Positions 48,694 through 57,351 of a stretch of 64,000 bases of DNA are shown in pieces. The notes under the pieces were generated by a model. That model saw only the letters and a list, made by a program, of their open reading frames with translations, did no database searches and had not been told where the DNA came from. This DNA comes from Patescibacteria group bacterium. GTDB taxonomy: Bacteria > Patescibacteriota > Minisyncoccia > UBA6257 > UBA9933. Made by a program: the position numbers and the translations under genes. The stretch covers positions 346-64,345 of the forward strand of contig JBBTRV010000003.1 of NCBI GenBank assembly GCA_038065035.1. The letters run 5' to 3'. Numbering within the stretch: the stretch's first letter is position 1; each line of letters starts with the position of its first letter.

Positions 48694-50958
48694 TTATTGC
48701 ACCGCTAAACCTGTCGGCGGAGAAGGCGGAGTGATGTCTAAATTAATTGAAGGAACTTGATTAAGGTCGCTAGTAAGAAAGAGAGTATCAGTTCTGGCAT
48801 TAATCTCTCCATGGCCAATTTGGAAGGTATGGATACCAGAATTCAAAGAAAATCCGTTATTACTTGAACCCTCTGATGTTTCTATCCTTATCCACTGGTA
48901 AGAATTTAAACTCGGAGGATAAACTCTATCCCATGAAGAATCAATGCCAATATATAAAGCGTCACTAAGGTTAGTGGCTCCGTAAATGCGAGCCCATAAA
49001 TAATAGGTGCCAGATTGAGAAATTGTAAAATTCAAAATAGCTTCTGGCTGAGGGTTAGTTGAATCAATGCCCGTAGGAACATGGATATATTGTCCTTTAG
49101 AGGCATTATTATCACTAGAGATAACCATTGGAGAAATTAAATTCATACTTTCTGCTTCATAGTATTGGGAAAAGAAAACTGCAGCTTGTGTTGTTGCTTG
49201 GGCTGATGTTGATTGATTTGAGTTATTGCCTGCCGCGTCATAAGCGGAAACTGTGTAAGTATATGAAGTGGAAGGAGAAAGATTGGCGTTGGAATAGGAA
49301 TTAGCTGAAGAAGTGGCGATTTGAGAACTGTTTCTGTAGATGCGATATCCTGTTACTCCTACATTATCTGTTGAAGCAGTCCAGGATAGGTTGATTTGTG
49401 AAGAAGAAATGGCTTGAGCGGTGAGATTGGCGGGAATTGAAGGCGGAGTGGTGTCCGGCTGAGGACCGGAAGCTATGTATTCATACGCGCCGATGTCCCA
49501 TGCCGAACCTTGAGGGCGGGATACTCCGACTTTATCCGTAATAAATACACTCGACAAATCTATACCTCTATTTAGCGGAGGATTAGGACTGGAAACTGTC
49601 AAATTAAATCCATTCTCATCTGATATGTTATTAAAGAGCGGGTCACCCTCACTACCATTTGTCTCCCATCCCCAACTGCTTCGCATTCCACTCAAATTTC
49701 TATTACTTGTACTCGGCATATAAGCATGGTCAGTCCCAATAGAGGCATAATAATAATTATAATCCACGTTCAATGATGACGCTATATTATCTTCAAGATA
49801 AATTTTAGCTGCCGCAAAACCCGATTTGAATATATTATTCTTGATTTGAATATTTGAAATATTGGCTGCAAGATTTGATGTTCCGAATCGAATATTATAC
49901 CATTGCCCGTACATTGTATTATTGTAAATGTACAGCCCTGAAATATCACTATTAGGATAGCCGCCATCACCAAAATAGTTAATGTTTATAGCAACAGATG
50001 AGCCTGCTGTGGCGACCGGCCTGTAAAACAAATTATTATAAATATAAGTGTTTGTAATATCGCCGCCTGAACCCGATATAAATATGTTTTGATTCCCATT
50101 GCTTGAACCACCAACAAACGAATTATTATAGATATATCTATTTGACCCACCTCTTATAGATATTCCATCAGCAGAATTTTCAGTTTCCCAACCAAAATCT
50201 ATTATATTATTATAAATTTTAATGTAGGATGAACCAGCTGTGACTATAGAATCAATTTTTTCAGGACTACTATTTGTATAACCTGGATCATGAAGATAAT
50301 TGTTTGCAATAATATTATTTCCATTTGCTCCTGAAACACCGTTATAGATTAATAGGCCATCAACATCTTCCTGACCATCATAGCCACATTTAAATATTGT
50401 AGAATTTAATACTTCCATACCACCTGTGGCTGACTTAAATCTTACACATCCTTGTTCCATGTCATTAATTGTAACGTTAGTTATAACAATATCATAACTA
50501 CCACTATTAGAATTGATACCATATAAAGGTCTACGACCACTTTCACCATAAATTAAGAATTTAGTTTTATCCACACCATCAATAGTTATAGTGTTGCTGG
50601 ATGTTAATACGAATGAGGCATTGACTACATTAGCAGATTTAATATTTACTATGCCGTCATAACTTACATTCCACCCCGTGTCCGAACCGTGTTCACTTAT
50701 GGTTGCCCTCTTTAATGTCCAGCCACTGCTATTGGAAGTATAACTCCCCGCATAATCACCAGCGGCTATATATACAACATCCCCCGACGTTATTCCCGAA
50801 ATATTATCGATGTCAATCCAGGCATTAGCCCAATCCGTGCCGTTATTAACCCCAGTAGCTCCGGCTCTTACATAACGATTAGCGGCTGAAGCTAATGAAG
50901 GATGGAATAATAGCAGAAACAAAAAAATGGATATCGTGATAAATATTATTTTCTTCAT
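48694..50958 (-). CDS. array paralog C: secreted beta-helix + FN3 + carbohydrate-binding-like module
   Basis: Same architecture as B with a nearly identical FN3 domain; terminal DITPPSPPTGLAVQ. Confidence 0.9.
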   Translation of the reverse strand: MKKIIFITISIFLFLLLFHPSLASAANRYVRAGATGVNNGTDWANAWIDIDNISGITSGDVVYIAAGDYAGSYTSNSSGWTLKRATISEHGSDTGWNVSYDGIVNIKSANVVNASFVLTSSNTITIDGVDKTKFLIYGESGRRPLYGINSNSGSYDIVITNVTINDMEQGCVRFKSATGGMEVLNSTIFKCGYDGQEDVDGLLIYNGVSGANGNNIIANNYLHDPGYTNSSPEKIDSIVTAGSSYIKIYNNIIDFGWETENSADGISIRGGSNRYIYNNSFVGGSSNGNQNIFISGSGGDITNTYIYNNLFYRPVATAGSSVAININYFGDGGYPNSDISGLYIYNNTMYGQWYNIRFGTSNLAANISNIQIKNNIFKSGFAAAKIYLEDNIASSLNVDYNYYYASIGTDHAYMPSTSNRNLSGMRSSWGWETNGSEGDPLFNNISDENGFNLTVSSPNPPLNRGIDLSSVFITDKVGVSRPQGSAWDIGAYEYIASGPQPDTTPPSIPANLTAQAISSSQINLSWTASTDNVGVTGYRIYRNSSQIATSSANSYSNANLSPSTSYTYTVSAYDAAGNNSNQSTSAQATTQAAVFFSQYYEAESMNLISPMVISSDNNASKGQYIHVPTGIDSTNPQPEAILNFTISQSGTYYLWARIYGATNLSDALYIGIDSSWDRVYPPSLNSYQWIRIETSEGSSNNGFSLNSGIHTFQIGHGEINARTDTLFLTSDLNQVPSINLDITPPSPPTGLAVQ

Positions 50959-50963
50959 ATATT

Positions 50964-53357
50964 TTATTGTACCACCAATCCTGTCGGCGCGGCAGGCGGA
51001 ATAATATCAGCTGTTATTTTCTTTAATATTATCTGGTCAAGCCAGGTGTTGGATTCTCTTCCGTAAAAGGTGAAAGAATGGGTTCCTTGAGAAAGGTTAT
51101 AGGTTATTGGGTCGAATTCGGAGATGGGCGGATTGCCTGTTTGGCCGTTGCCCCATTTGGAAACTTCGTCCCAGACAAAGCCGGCAATTAACGGGAAGAT
51201 GTTATAGGTGTATAAAATATTTCCTTGGGCTGGTTCATTGTCTAATCCGACAAAGAAAGAGTTCTGGCCTCCGTCGTTGTTGGAATTTACTCTGGCTTCC
51301 AGCTTGTATTGGCCGGCTGTTTGGATATCAAAGGTGAATTTTACTGAACCAGTGTTATCTATGGTTGTATAGATATAGGTATCTGAACCCGATGTCCCGG
51401 TCTGCATTGAGGTCAATTGCCCTCCTTCGACCTGGATGTATTGTTCGGGGAGGAAGGTTTGAACCGGAGCGTTGTATTCATCGTTATCTGTTGATGAAGA
51501 ACAGCCGGGGTCACTTGGATAATCTGTCAAGCCGTCAGAATCATTGTCTGTTCCGTCTGAACATTGGTAGGTGACAGGTGGATTACTTACATTGAGAAAT
51601 CTGTCTTTGGCCGGAATGCTTGCGGCATATCCTGCTACATCAGGACCTATCGGCGGCCATGGCTGGCTTCCCCACCAGGAGGGCTTGGATGAAAGATATA
51701 ATGAGGAAGGAAGCGTCTGGTTAGCAGTCCCTCCTTGACATCCCGGTTCACCCGCATCATTACATATCTTAGTCGTATTCGTAAAATAGTCGTAGTTCAT
51801 GTGACGGAGCATAGTTGTTTTCACACTTGCGTCATTGCCATAGGGATTCCAGTCGCCTCCATTTATATATCCTAGTTTATATATACTTTTCGCTCCAGGA
51901 TAAGCAAATGTGTCATTTTCCAATTCATAAATATTTTCAAATCCTGGCGTCCCTAAAACATTCCCCAAAACATTATAATAATGTTGATTTTTAAATATAT
52001 CTAATCCCCAAGTTCCGTATGTTTTACTTATATCAGTTATAAGGCGATTTCGAAAAATAGTATTATGGCTGGAGCTTCCCCAATACCAATCAGAAGTAAA
52101 TTTATCCTCCACCCAATTCCCTTCCCAAAGATTCATCATTGGATGAGCGCCATGATTACCTATCATTGAACGACTCCATGTAACGTCAGTGTAATACAAA
52201 GTAGTTCCATAATTATATGCCAGCACATTACCTGACGCATTACCTTCCAGAAAGATACCTATACTTAAATGATAAAGCTGATTATCTTCAATTAAATTTG
52301 CAGAAGCCCAAGGATTCAACCAAATTCCATATGCGTGAGATGGGCCATATTGAGACCCTATAATAGGGGTTGCAGGAACCCCCTCATGGAACTTAGAGCC
52401 TCTGATTGTATTACGGTAGCCTCCATACATCCTAACTGCTTGATTAACAGAGCCTATTCCCTCAACTGACTTCAGCCAAGAATTGGAAGCCATCGCTATA
52501 TAGATTATTTGTTGTCTACCGCTAATGCTATTATCCACAGTTAAATCCTCAATACCCGCATTGTTTGTTGCGCCATTAATTTTAACGCCTTGCGGCGCTT
52601 TGGATAGGTCATAATTCCAATAAAGCGGTATTTCAAGTGTTGCAGTTGTGGGTGTGACTGATATTATCTTGTTAAGTTGCCCTATTGGCCTTGTTCCGTT
52701 TAAACGGCCACACCATGTGCAAGTTCCACTATCGCCTGCTGTTGTTATTGGCGGATCTCCAGTCGGGTCCACTAATTGATCTATAAGAATAATATCACCC
52801 GCACTCCAACCATGCGCTGACGATGTTATAATTGTCATAGATCCCTTAGTTATACCACCAGAAATATTTACGGCAGCGGGAGTGCTTAAATCCCATGAAT
52901 AAGATCCGCTTCTAATAGACATAACAAAATTTCCGGAAAAACCAGAAACTCCCTTTATTGTAGTAACCCCCATTCCTGCCCCACGAACAACTACATCTGA
53001 TTTAAGCGCTATAGTATTTGAAACCAGATATGTTCCGGCGGGAAGATAGACAACTTGATTTGCAGGACAACTACTTATAGCCGTATTGATAGCCAAAGTT
53101 GCATCCGTTGTGCCATTGCCATAGGTAGCCGCATCAATAGTTGCGCATCTTACGGTCCTGTTTGGTATATCACCACTCACCCCAACATTCCCCTGCCACA
53201 GAACTACTCGGTCAGCAGGAATAGAATAAACTGTTTGCGCTAAAACCGGCTTTTCATTTATGAAATACAAATATCCGGCAATGCTGATTATTGCTGTAAT
53301 TAAGAAGGATATTGTTACTAATATGAATCTTTTGGAGAGTATATTTTTAAATGGCAT
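50964..53357 (-). CDS. array paralog D: secreted pectin-lyase-like beta-helix protein with the shared C-terminal module
   Basis: N-terminal TM/signal, VYLPAGTY, VVRGAG, CSDGTDND..DYP.DPGC motif and terminal DIIPPAAPTGLVVQ. Start at the ATG at 53357. Confidence 0.9.
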   Translation of the reverse strand: MPFKNILSKRFILVTISFLITAIISIAGYLYFINEKPVLAQTVYSIPADRVVLWQGNVGVSGDIPNRTVRCATIDAATYGNGTTDATLAINTAISSCPANQVVYLPAGTYLVSNTIALKSDVVVRGAGMGVTTIKGVSGFSGNFVMSIRSGSYSWDLSTPAAVNISGGITKGSMTIITSSAHGWSAGDIILIDQLVDPTGDPPITTAGDSGTCTWCGRLNGTRPIGQLNKIISVTPTTATLEIPLYWNYDLSKAPQGVKINGATNNAGIEDLTVDNSISGRQQIIYIAMASNSWLKSVEGIGSVNQAVRMYGGYRNTIRGSKFHEGVPATPIIGSQYGPSHAYGIWLNPWASANLIEDNQLYHLSIGIFLEGNASGNVLAYNYGTTLYYTDVTWSRSMIGNHGAHPMMNLWEGNWVEDKFTSDWYWGSSSHNTIFRNRLITDISKTYGTWGLDIFKNQHYYNVLGNVLGTPGFENIYELENDTFAYPGAKSIYKLGYINGGDWNPYGNDASVKTTMLRHMNYDYFTNTTKICNDAGEPGCQGGTANQTLPSSLYLSSKPSWWGSQPWPPIGPDVAGYAASIPAKDRFLNVSNPPVTYQCSDGTDNDSDGLTDYPSDPGCSSSTDNDEYNAPVQTFLPEQYIQVEGGQLTSMQTGTSGSDTYIYTTIDNTGSVKFTFDIQTAGQYKLEARVNSNNDGGQNSFFVGLDNEPAQGNILYTYNIFPLIAGFVWDEVSKWGNGQTGNPPISEFDPITYNLSQGTHSFTFYGRESNTWLDQIILKKITADIIPPAAPTGLVVQ
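51307..51680. repeat. 374-bp identical direct repeat, copy 1 (paralog D)
   Basis: Identical by eye to 54324-54697 (offset 3017). Confidence 0.92.
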
Positions 53358-53388
53358 ATTATTAATAATAACATATATTGCAACAAAC

Positions 53389-53649
53389 CTAAGAATATAA
53401 TTGATTATGCATTCCAATTGCCACAAAAACGCATTCGCCATTATTTATAAGCTTATAAATAGCTCTTAAATCGCCGCTAATATTAATACTCCTATAATCT
53501 AAATATTTTCCCTTGAGGGGGTGATTATTAAGGAGTTGGTCGTAAGGATTGTCTAAAAATAATCTTAGCCTTTCTCGCGCTTTTAGCTTTTGTCGAGCGC
53601 TTAATAGTTTGTATTGCTTGTCAAAATTCTTATGAAAATAAATTTTCAT
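53389..53649 (-). CDS. RelE/YafQ family mRNA interferase toxin
   Basis: F.K.F.KQY, LNNHPLKG and RSINISGDLRAIY motifs. Confidence 0.9.
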   Translation of the reverse strand: MKIYFHKNFDKQYKLLSARQKLKARERLRLFLDNPYDQLLNNHPLKGKYLDYRSINISGDLRAIYKLINNGECVFVAIGMHNQLYS

Positions 53650-53921
53650 AAAGAGGCCAAATGTGAATCTAATCCTTTTTTTGAAAAAATCGGCTTGGAG
53701 ATATTTCGATTATTTTTAATATCGAATTCAATCCTTCCCAGAAGTTTTTCTAATTCCGGAGACATTTTAGAAACAGTGCTGAAATAAACTTCCTTATTTC
53801 TGACAAATTGTTTTAAGTAGGCGTTAACAATTGCGCTTAACGATAATCCTAAATCAGCAGCTATCTTCTTCGCTTCTTTTTTAACGTCTTCGTCTGTTTT
53901 AACGTTAATTACTGTCTTCAT
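53646..53921 (-). CDS. RelB/DinJ family antitoxin
   Basis: INVKTDEDVKKEAKKIAADLGLSLSAIVNAYLKQFV ribbon-helix-helix; ATGA overlap with the toxin. Confidence 0.9.
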   Translation of the reverse strand: MKTVINVKTDEDVKKEAKKIAADLGLSLSAIVNAYLKQFVRNKEVYFSTVSKMSPELEKLLGRIEFDIKNNRNISKPIFSKKGLDSHLASL

Positions 53922-53929
53922 ATAACTAA

Positions 53930-53957
53930 AGTATATATGATAGTTATTCTATGTCAA
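53930..53957 (-). promoter_or_regulatory. promoter of the TA operon
   Basis: TTGACA-16 nt-TATACT, 8 nt before the ATG. Confidence 0.7.
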
Positions 53958-53983
53958 TGGACTTTTATATTTTCATTTATATT

Positions 53984-56413
53984 TTACTGCACTTGCAAAT
54001 TTTGAGGCGCGCTGGGAGGAACAATATCAGCAGTTGCTGATACAAGCCTTATCTGGTCAAGCCAAGTATTGGATTCTCTGCCATAGAAGGTGAAAGAATG
54101 GGTTCCTTGGGTGAGATTCCAGATCATTGGGTCGAATTCGGAGATGGGCGGATTGCCTGTTTGGCCGTTGCCCCACTTGGAAACTTCGTCCCATATAAAG
54201 CCAGTGCTTGTAGGAAAATGATATGCATACAAATTATTTCCCTGAGCTAATTCATTATCTAATCCGACAAAGAAAGAGTTCTGGCCGCCGTCATTGCTGG
54301 AATTCACTCTGGCTTCCAGCTTATATTGGCCGGCTGTTTGGATATCAAAGGTGAATTTTACTGAACCAGTGTTATCTATGGTTGTATAGATATAGGTATC
54401 TGAACCCGATGTCCCGGTCTGCATTGAGGTCAATTGCCCTCCTTCGACCTGGATGTATTGTTCGGGGAGGAAGGTTTGAACCGGAGCGTTGTATTCATCG
54501 TTATCTGTTGATGAAGAACAGCCGGGGTCACTTGGATAATCTGTCAAGCCGTCAGAATCATTGTCTGTTCCGTCTGAACATTGGTAGGTGACAGGTGGAT
54601 TACTTACATTGAGAAATCTGTCTTTGGCCGGAATGCTTGCGGCATATCCTGCTACATCAGGACCTATCGGCGGCCATGGCTGGCTTCCCCACCAGGAAGG
54701 TTTAGAGGTAAGATAATATGAAAAAGGAAGCGTATGGTCATTTCCATCATTCCATATAATAGAATTAGTTACATAATCATAATTGCCATGTCTTATTGTG
54801 GTAGATTCGCTTTTGGAATCCCAATAAGTAGGGTTATTATCACACATATAACCGTATTGGTAGCCAAATATATAAATTGCTGTCCCAGAATTAGTACAAT
54901 TTGACCCATTTGCTTCATACACATACGGAAAACCCGAATATCCAAGCACATTACCTATAAAATTATGAAGCCGTGACCCTTTTTCAATATAAAAACTAGA
55001 TATAGATTGAGTCTTTGCCGTATCTTGTGGTTCTCCATTTGCTCTTAGATAATTTCTAAATACAGTAAAATGTGATTCAGTTCCGTGAATTTGATCTGCC
55101 CCAACCTCTGTCCCCCAGTTTCCTTCCAATAAATTCATCCATGCGTGGGATGCATGTTGTGAAGCAAATGATTGAAGCCAAGTACTGGGAACTGTGTATT
55201 TGATAAAGTGGGCATAATTATATGCAGCCACATTTCCGCTGGAGGAGCCTCCAAACATAAGTGCCGTCATTGTTTTATCGAATATATTATTCTCAATAAG
55301 TGTTCCACTTGTCCATTGGTCCATCTCTATCCCATAATTACTTGATGTGAATGTCAACGAATCGTGTAAGTAACTGTCTCTTAACTCATTATAGAGACTG
55401 CCGTATCTTGTCCAAATGAATCGTGATGCAGCATTGCTCATCTCAAGATTTTTCATCCAGATATTGCGTCCAGCTGTCACATGCACCATAGTATAAGCCC
55501 CATTTGGAGGAGCAACACCATTATCTATAGTCATATCTTCAATTCCTATATCTTTAGCAATATCACTACTTTTAATTACTGAAAATTGCGGGCTGGACAT
55601 AGTGCCGTATGCCGCATAAAGGGGAGGATTTACAGTAATTATATTACCATTTTTCCCTATAACCTCAACCGTCTGTCCTAAAGACCTGCAAGTTGCCCCA
55701 GAACTGCAACAAAATCCATAGCCTGAACTTGCACCTTCTTGCCCTATATTTGTCGCCTGTACCCATAAATCCTGGTTGGGATCATTATTATTTAAAACAT
55801 TTATAATTCCCTGATCTCCAATAGCAATAAATGAGGCATCTGTTAAAGTAATACTTATTGAACCTTTCGTTCCCCCACTTGTGATATTCTGAACATATCC
55901 TGCTGGCGCTTGTGTTTGAGGACAAAAGTTAGGATTTACGAATTGACCAAACGATGCCGTTGGGTCAGAGCCTATATCTATCGCTCTTGACCAATAACCA
56001 GAAATATATGATTTTATTGTAGTTACACCAGGGCCAGCTCCACGAAGCGTTATAGATTTTCCTTTTGGAATCAATATTTTTGAATTAATCCTATAAGTTC
56101 CTGCCGGTAGATAAACTGTCTGCCCGTTTGGACAGTTGATAATTGCGTTATTAATAACATTAGTAGCGTTTGTTGTGCCATTTCCATAGATAGCTACATC
56201 AATAGTTGCGCAAATTGTAGTTCTTGCAGGAATGCCACCGCGCTGAGATACCCCGACATTCCCCTGCCAGGTAATAATACGATTAGCAGGAATAGAATAA
56301 ACTGTTTGCGCCAAAACTATCTTCTGATTCGTAAAATACAAATATCCGGCAATGCTGATTATTGCTGTAATTAAGAAGGATATTACTAAGAATAAAAATC
56401 TTTTAGATGGCAT
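53984..56413 (-). CDS. array paralog E: secreted pectin-lyase-like beta-helix protein with the shared C-terminal module
   Basis: Leader nearly identical to D, divergent middle, shared C-terminus, terminal DIVPPSAPQNLQVQ. Confidence 0.9.
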   Translation of the reverse strand: MPSKRFLFLVISFLITAIISIAGYLYFTNQKIVLAQTVYSIPANRIITWQGNVGVSQRGGIPARTTICATIDVAIYGNGTTNATNVINNAIINCPNGQTVYLPAGTYRINSKILIPKGKSITLRGAGPGVTTIKSYISGYWSRAIDIGSDPTASFGQFVNPNFCPQTQAPAGYVQNITSGGTKGSISITLTDASFIAIGDQGIINVLNNNDPNQDLWVQATNIGQEGASSGYGFCCSSGATCRSLGQTVEVIGKNGNIITVNPPLYAAYGTMSSPQFSVIKSSDIAKDIGIEDMTIDNGVAPPNGAYTMVHVTAGRNIWMKNLEMSNAASRFIWTRYGSLYNELRDSYLHDSLTFTSSNYGIEMDQWTSGTLIENNIFDKTMTALMFGGSSSGNVAAYNYAHFIKYTVPSTWLQSFASQHASHAWMNLLEGNWGTEVGADQIHGTESHFTVFRNYLRANGEPQDTAKTQSISSFYIEKGSRLHNFIGNVLGYSGFPYVYEANGSNCTNSGTAIYIFGYQYGYMCDNNPTYWDSKSESTTIRHGNYDYVTNSIIWNDGNDHTLPFSYYLTSKPSWWGSQPWPPIGPDVAGYAASIPAKDRFLNVSNPPVTYQCSDGTDNDSDGLTDYPSDPGCSSSTDNDEYNAPVQTFLPEQYIQVEGGQLTSMQTGTSGSDTYIYTTIDNTGSVKFTFDIQTAGQYKLEARVNSSNDGGQNSFFVGLDNELAQGNNLYAYHFPTSTGFIWDEVSKWGNGQTGNPPISEFDPMIWNLTQGTHSFTFYGRESNTWLDQIRLVSATADIVPPSAPQNLQVQ
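54324..54697. repeat. 374-bp identical direct repeat, copy 2 (paralog E)
   Basis: Identical by eye to 51307-51680. Confidence 0.92.
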
Positions 56414-56449
56414 ATTTATATTTTTCAATATCTATATCTATTTTAATTT

Positions 56450-57079
56450 CTAAGATACTTTTTCAATTAAAAGCATATGTGCCTTTTTTAAAATATCTTT
56501 TTTTGCTTCTTCCCATTCTAATGGCTCTATCATGCGCGGCATTGGCTCATCATCCGCATCAGAAAAATACGTCAGACTCTTTAATATATGCAGACGATTA
56601 TATTTAACTCCTCTGTATTTTTTTTCAAAAAATTTAATAAGTTCAGAAAGAGAATACTTTTTAAGAAGAAAATAAAGGTCAATAAAATCTTTTTTGCTTC
56701 CCCGAGACGATATAGCATCAATTTTCATAGACGCGATATCCCGTTCATCTGCTAATTGAATATTTTCAAAATTTATCAAAGAAAAAAGCAAATTATGTTT
56801 ATATCTTAAAAAACTTACTTTCACTTTATCGAGCGTACCATGAATCGTGCCTTCTGCTTCGCTGTTTAAAACAAAAACGCCAAGTTCAGATAATATCTCC
56901 TTGATTTCAGAATTTGAAAAATCTTTCTTAGAAAACCAGTCAAGATCTATTGATTTTCTATGTCCGAGTTCAATAGCCAGGGCGGTTCCGCCTGCTAGAT
57001 AAAACTGATTACGTAGCGGCGTTGTTGCTATCTTGTCAAAAACGCGCTTTGTTTGTTTATTGATTGTTTTTGAATGCAT
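56450..57079 (-). CDS. AbiEii/AbiGii family nucleotidyltransferase toxin
   Basis: FYLAGGTALAIELGHRKSIDLDWF and MKIDAISSRGSKKDFIDLY motifs. Confidence 0.9.
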   Translation of the reverse strand: MHSKTINKQTKRVFDKIATTPLRNQFYLAGGTALAIELGHRKSIDLDWFSKKDFSNSEIKEILSELGVFVLNSEAEGTIHGTLDKVKVSFLRYKHNLLFSLINFENIQLADERDIASMKIDAISSRGSKKDFIDLYFLLKKYSLSELIKFFEKKYRGVKYNRLHILKSLTYFSDADDEPMPRMIEPLEWEEAKKDILKKAHMLLIEKVS

Positions 57080-57312
57080 TGTGATAAATTAATATTAAAA
57101 TACTGACACCAAAAAGAAAGTGATTTTTGATCAAGGACCTTACATTTTAAAATTACTTCTTTAATTTTTTCTTTTCCGTAAAAATTAACAGCCCATTTAA
57201 AATCTTTTTCCTCTCCAAAAGAAAGTATCCTTTCTATCACAAAACGAGCATTTTTATCAGGATCAATAATTTCTACATCCCAAAACAAAGACTGATTATT
57301 TGCTAATCGCAT
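57028..57312 (-). CDS. small partner of the AbiEii-like nucleotidyltransferase (DUF6922-like, putative antitoxin)
   Basis: SLFWDV..D...FVIERIL.FG motif; overlaps the toxin start. Confidence 0.78.
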   Translation of the reverse strand: MRLANNQSLFWDVEIIDPDKNARFVIERILSFGEEKDFKWAVNFYGKEKIKEVILKCKVLDQKSLSFWCQYFNINLSQCIQKQSINKQSAFLTR

Positions 57313-57351
57313 TTTAAAATTATAGCATAATTTTAGCCAAAAATCCATATT

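Noticed and set aside
51365-54591. Identical 69-aa plus-strand ORFs at 51365 and 54382
   Set aside because: Antisense by-products of the 374-bp duplication within paralogs D and E.
50964-54697. Diversity-generating retroelement (TR/VR pair) explaining the near-identical repeats
   Set aside because: There is no reverse transcriptase in the window, both copies are coding, and the differences include many C/T synonymous changes rather than adenine-specific ones.
53389-57312. Integron cassette array
   Set aside because: No integrase, and no recognisable attC-like inverted repeats between the genes.
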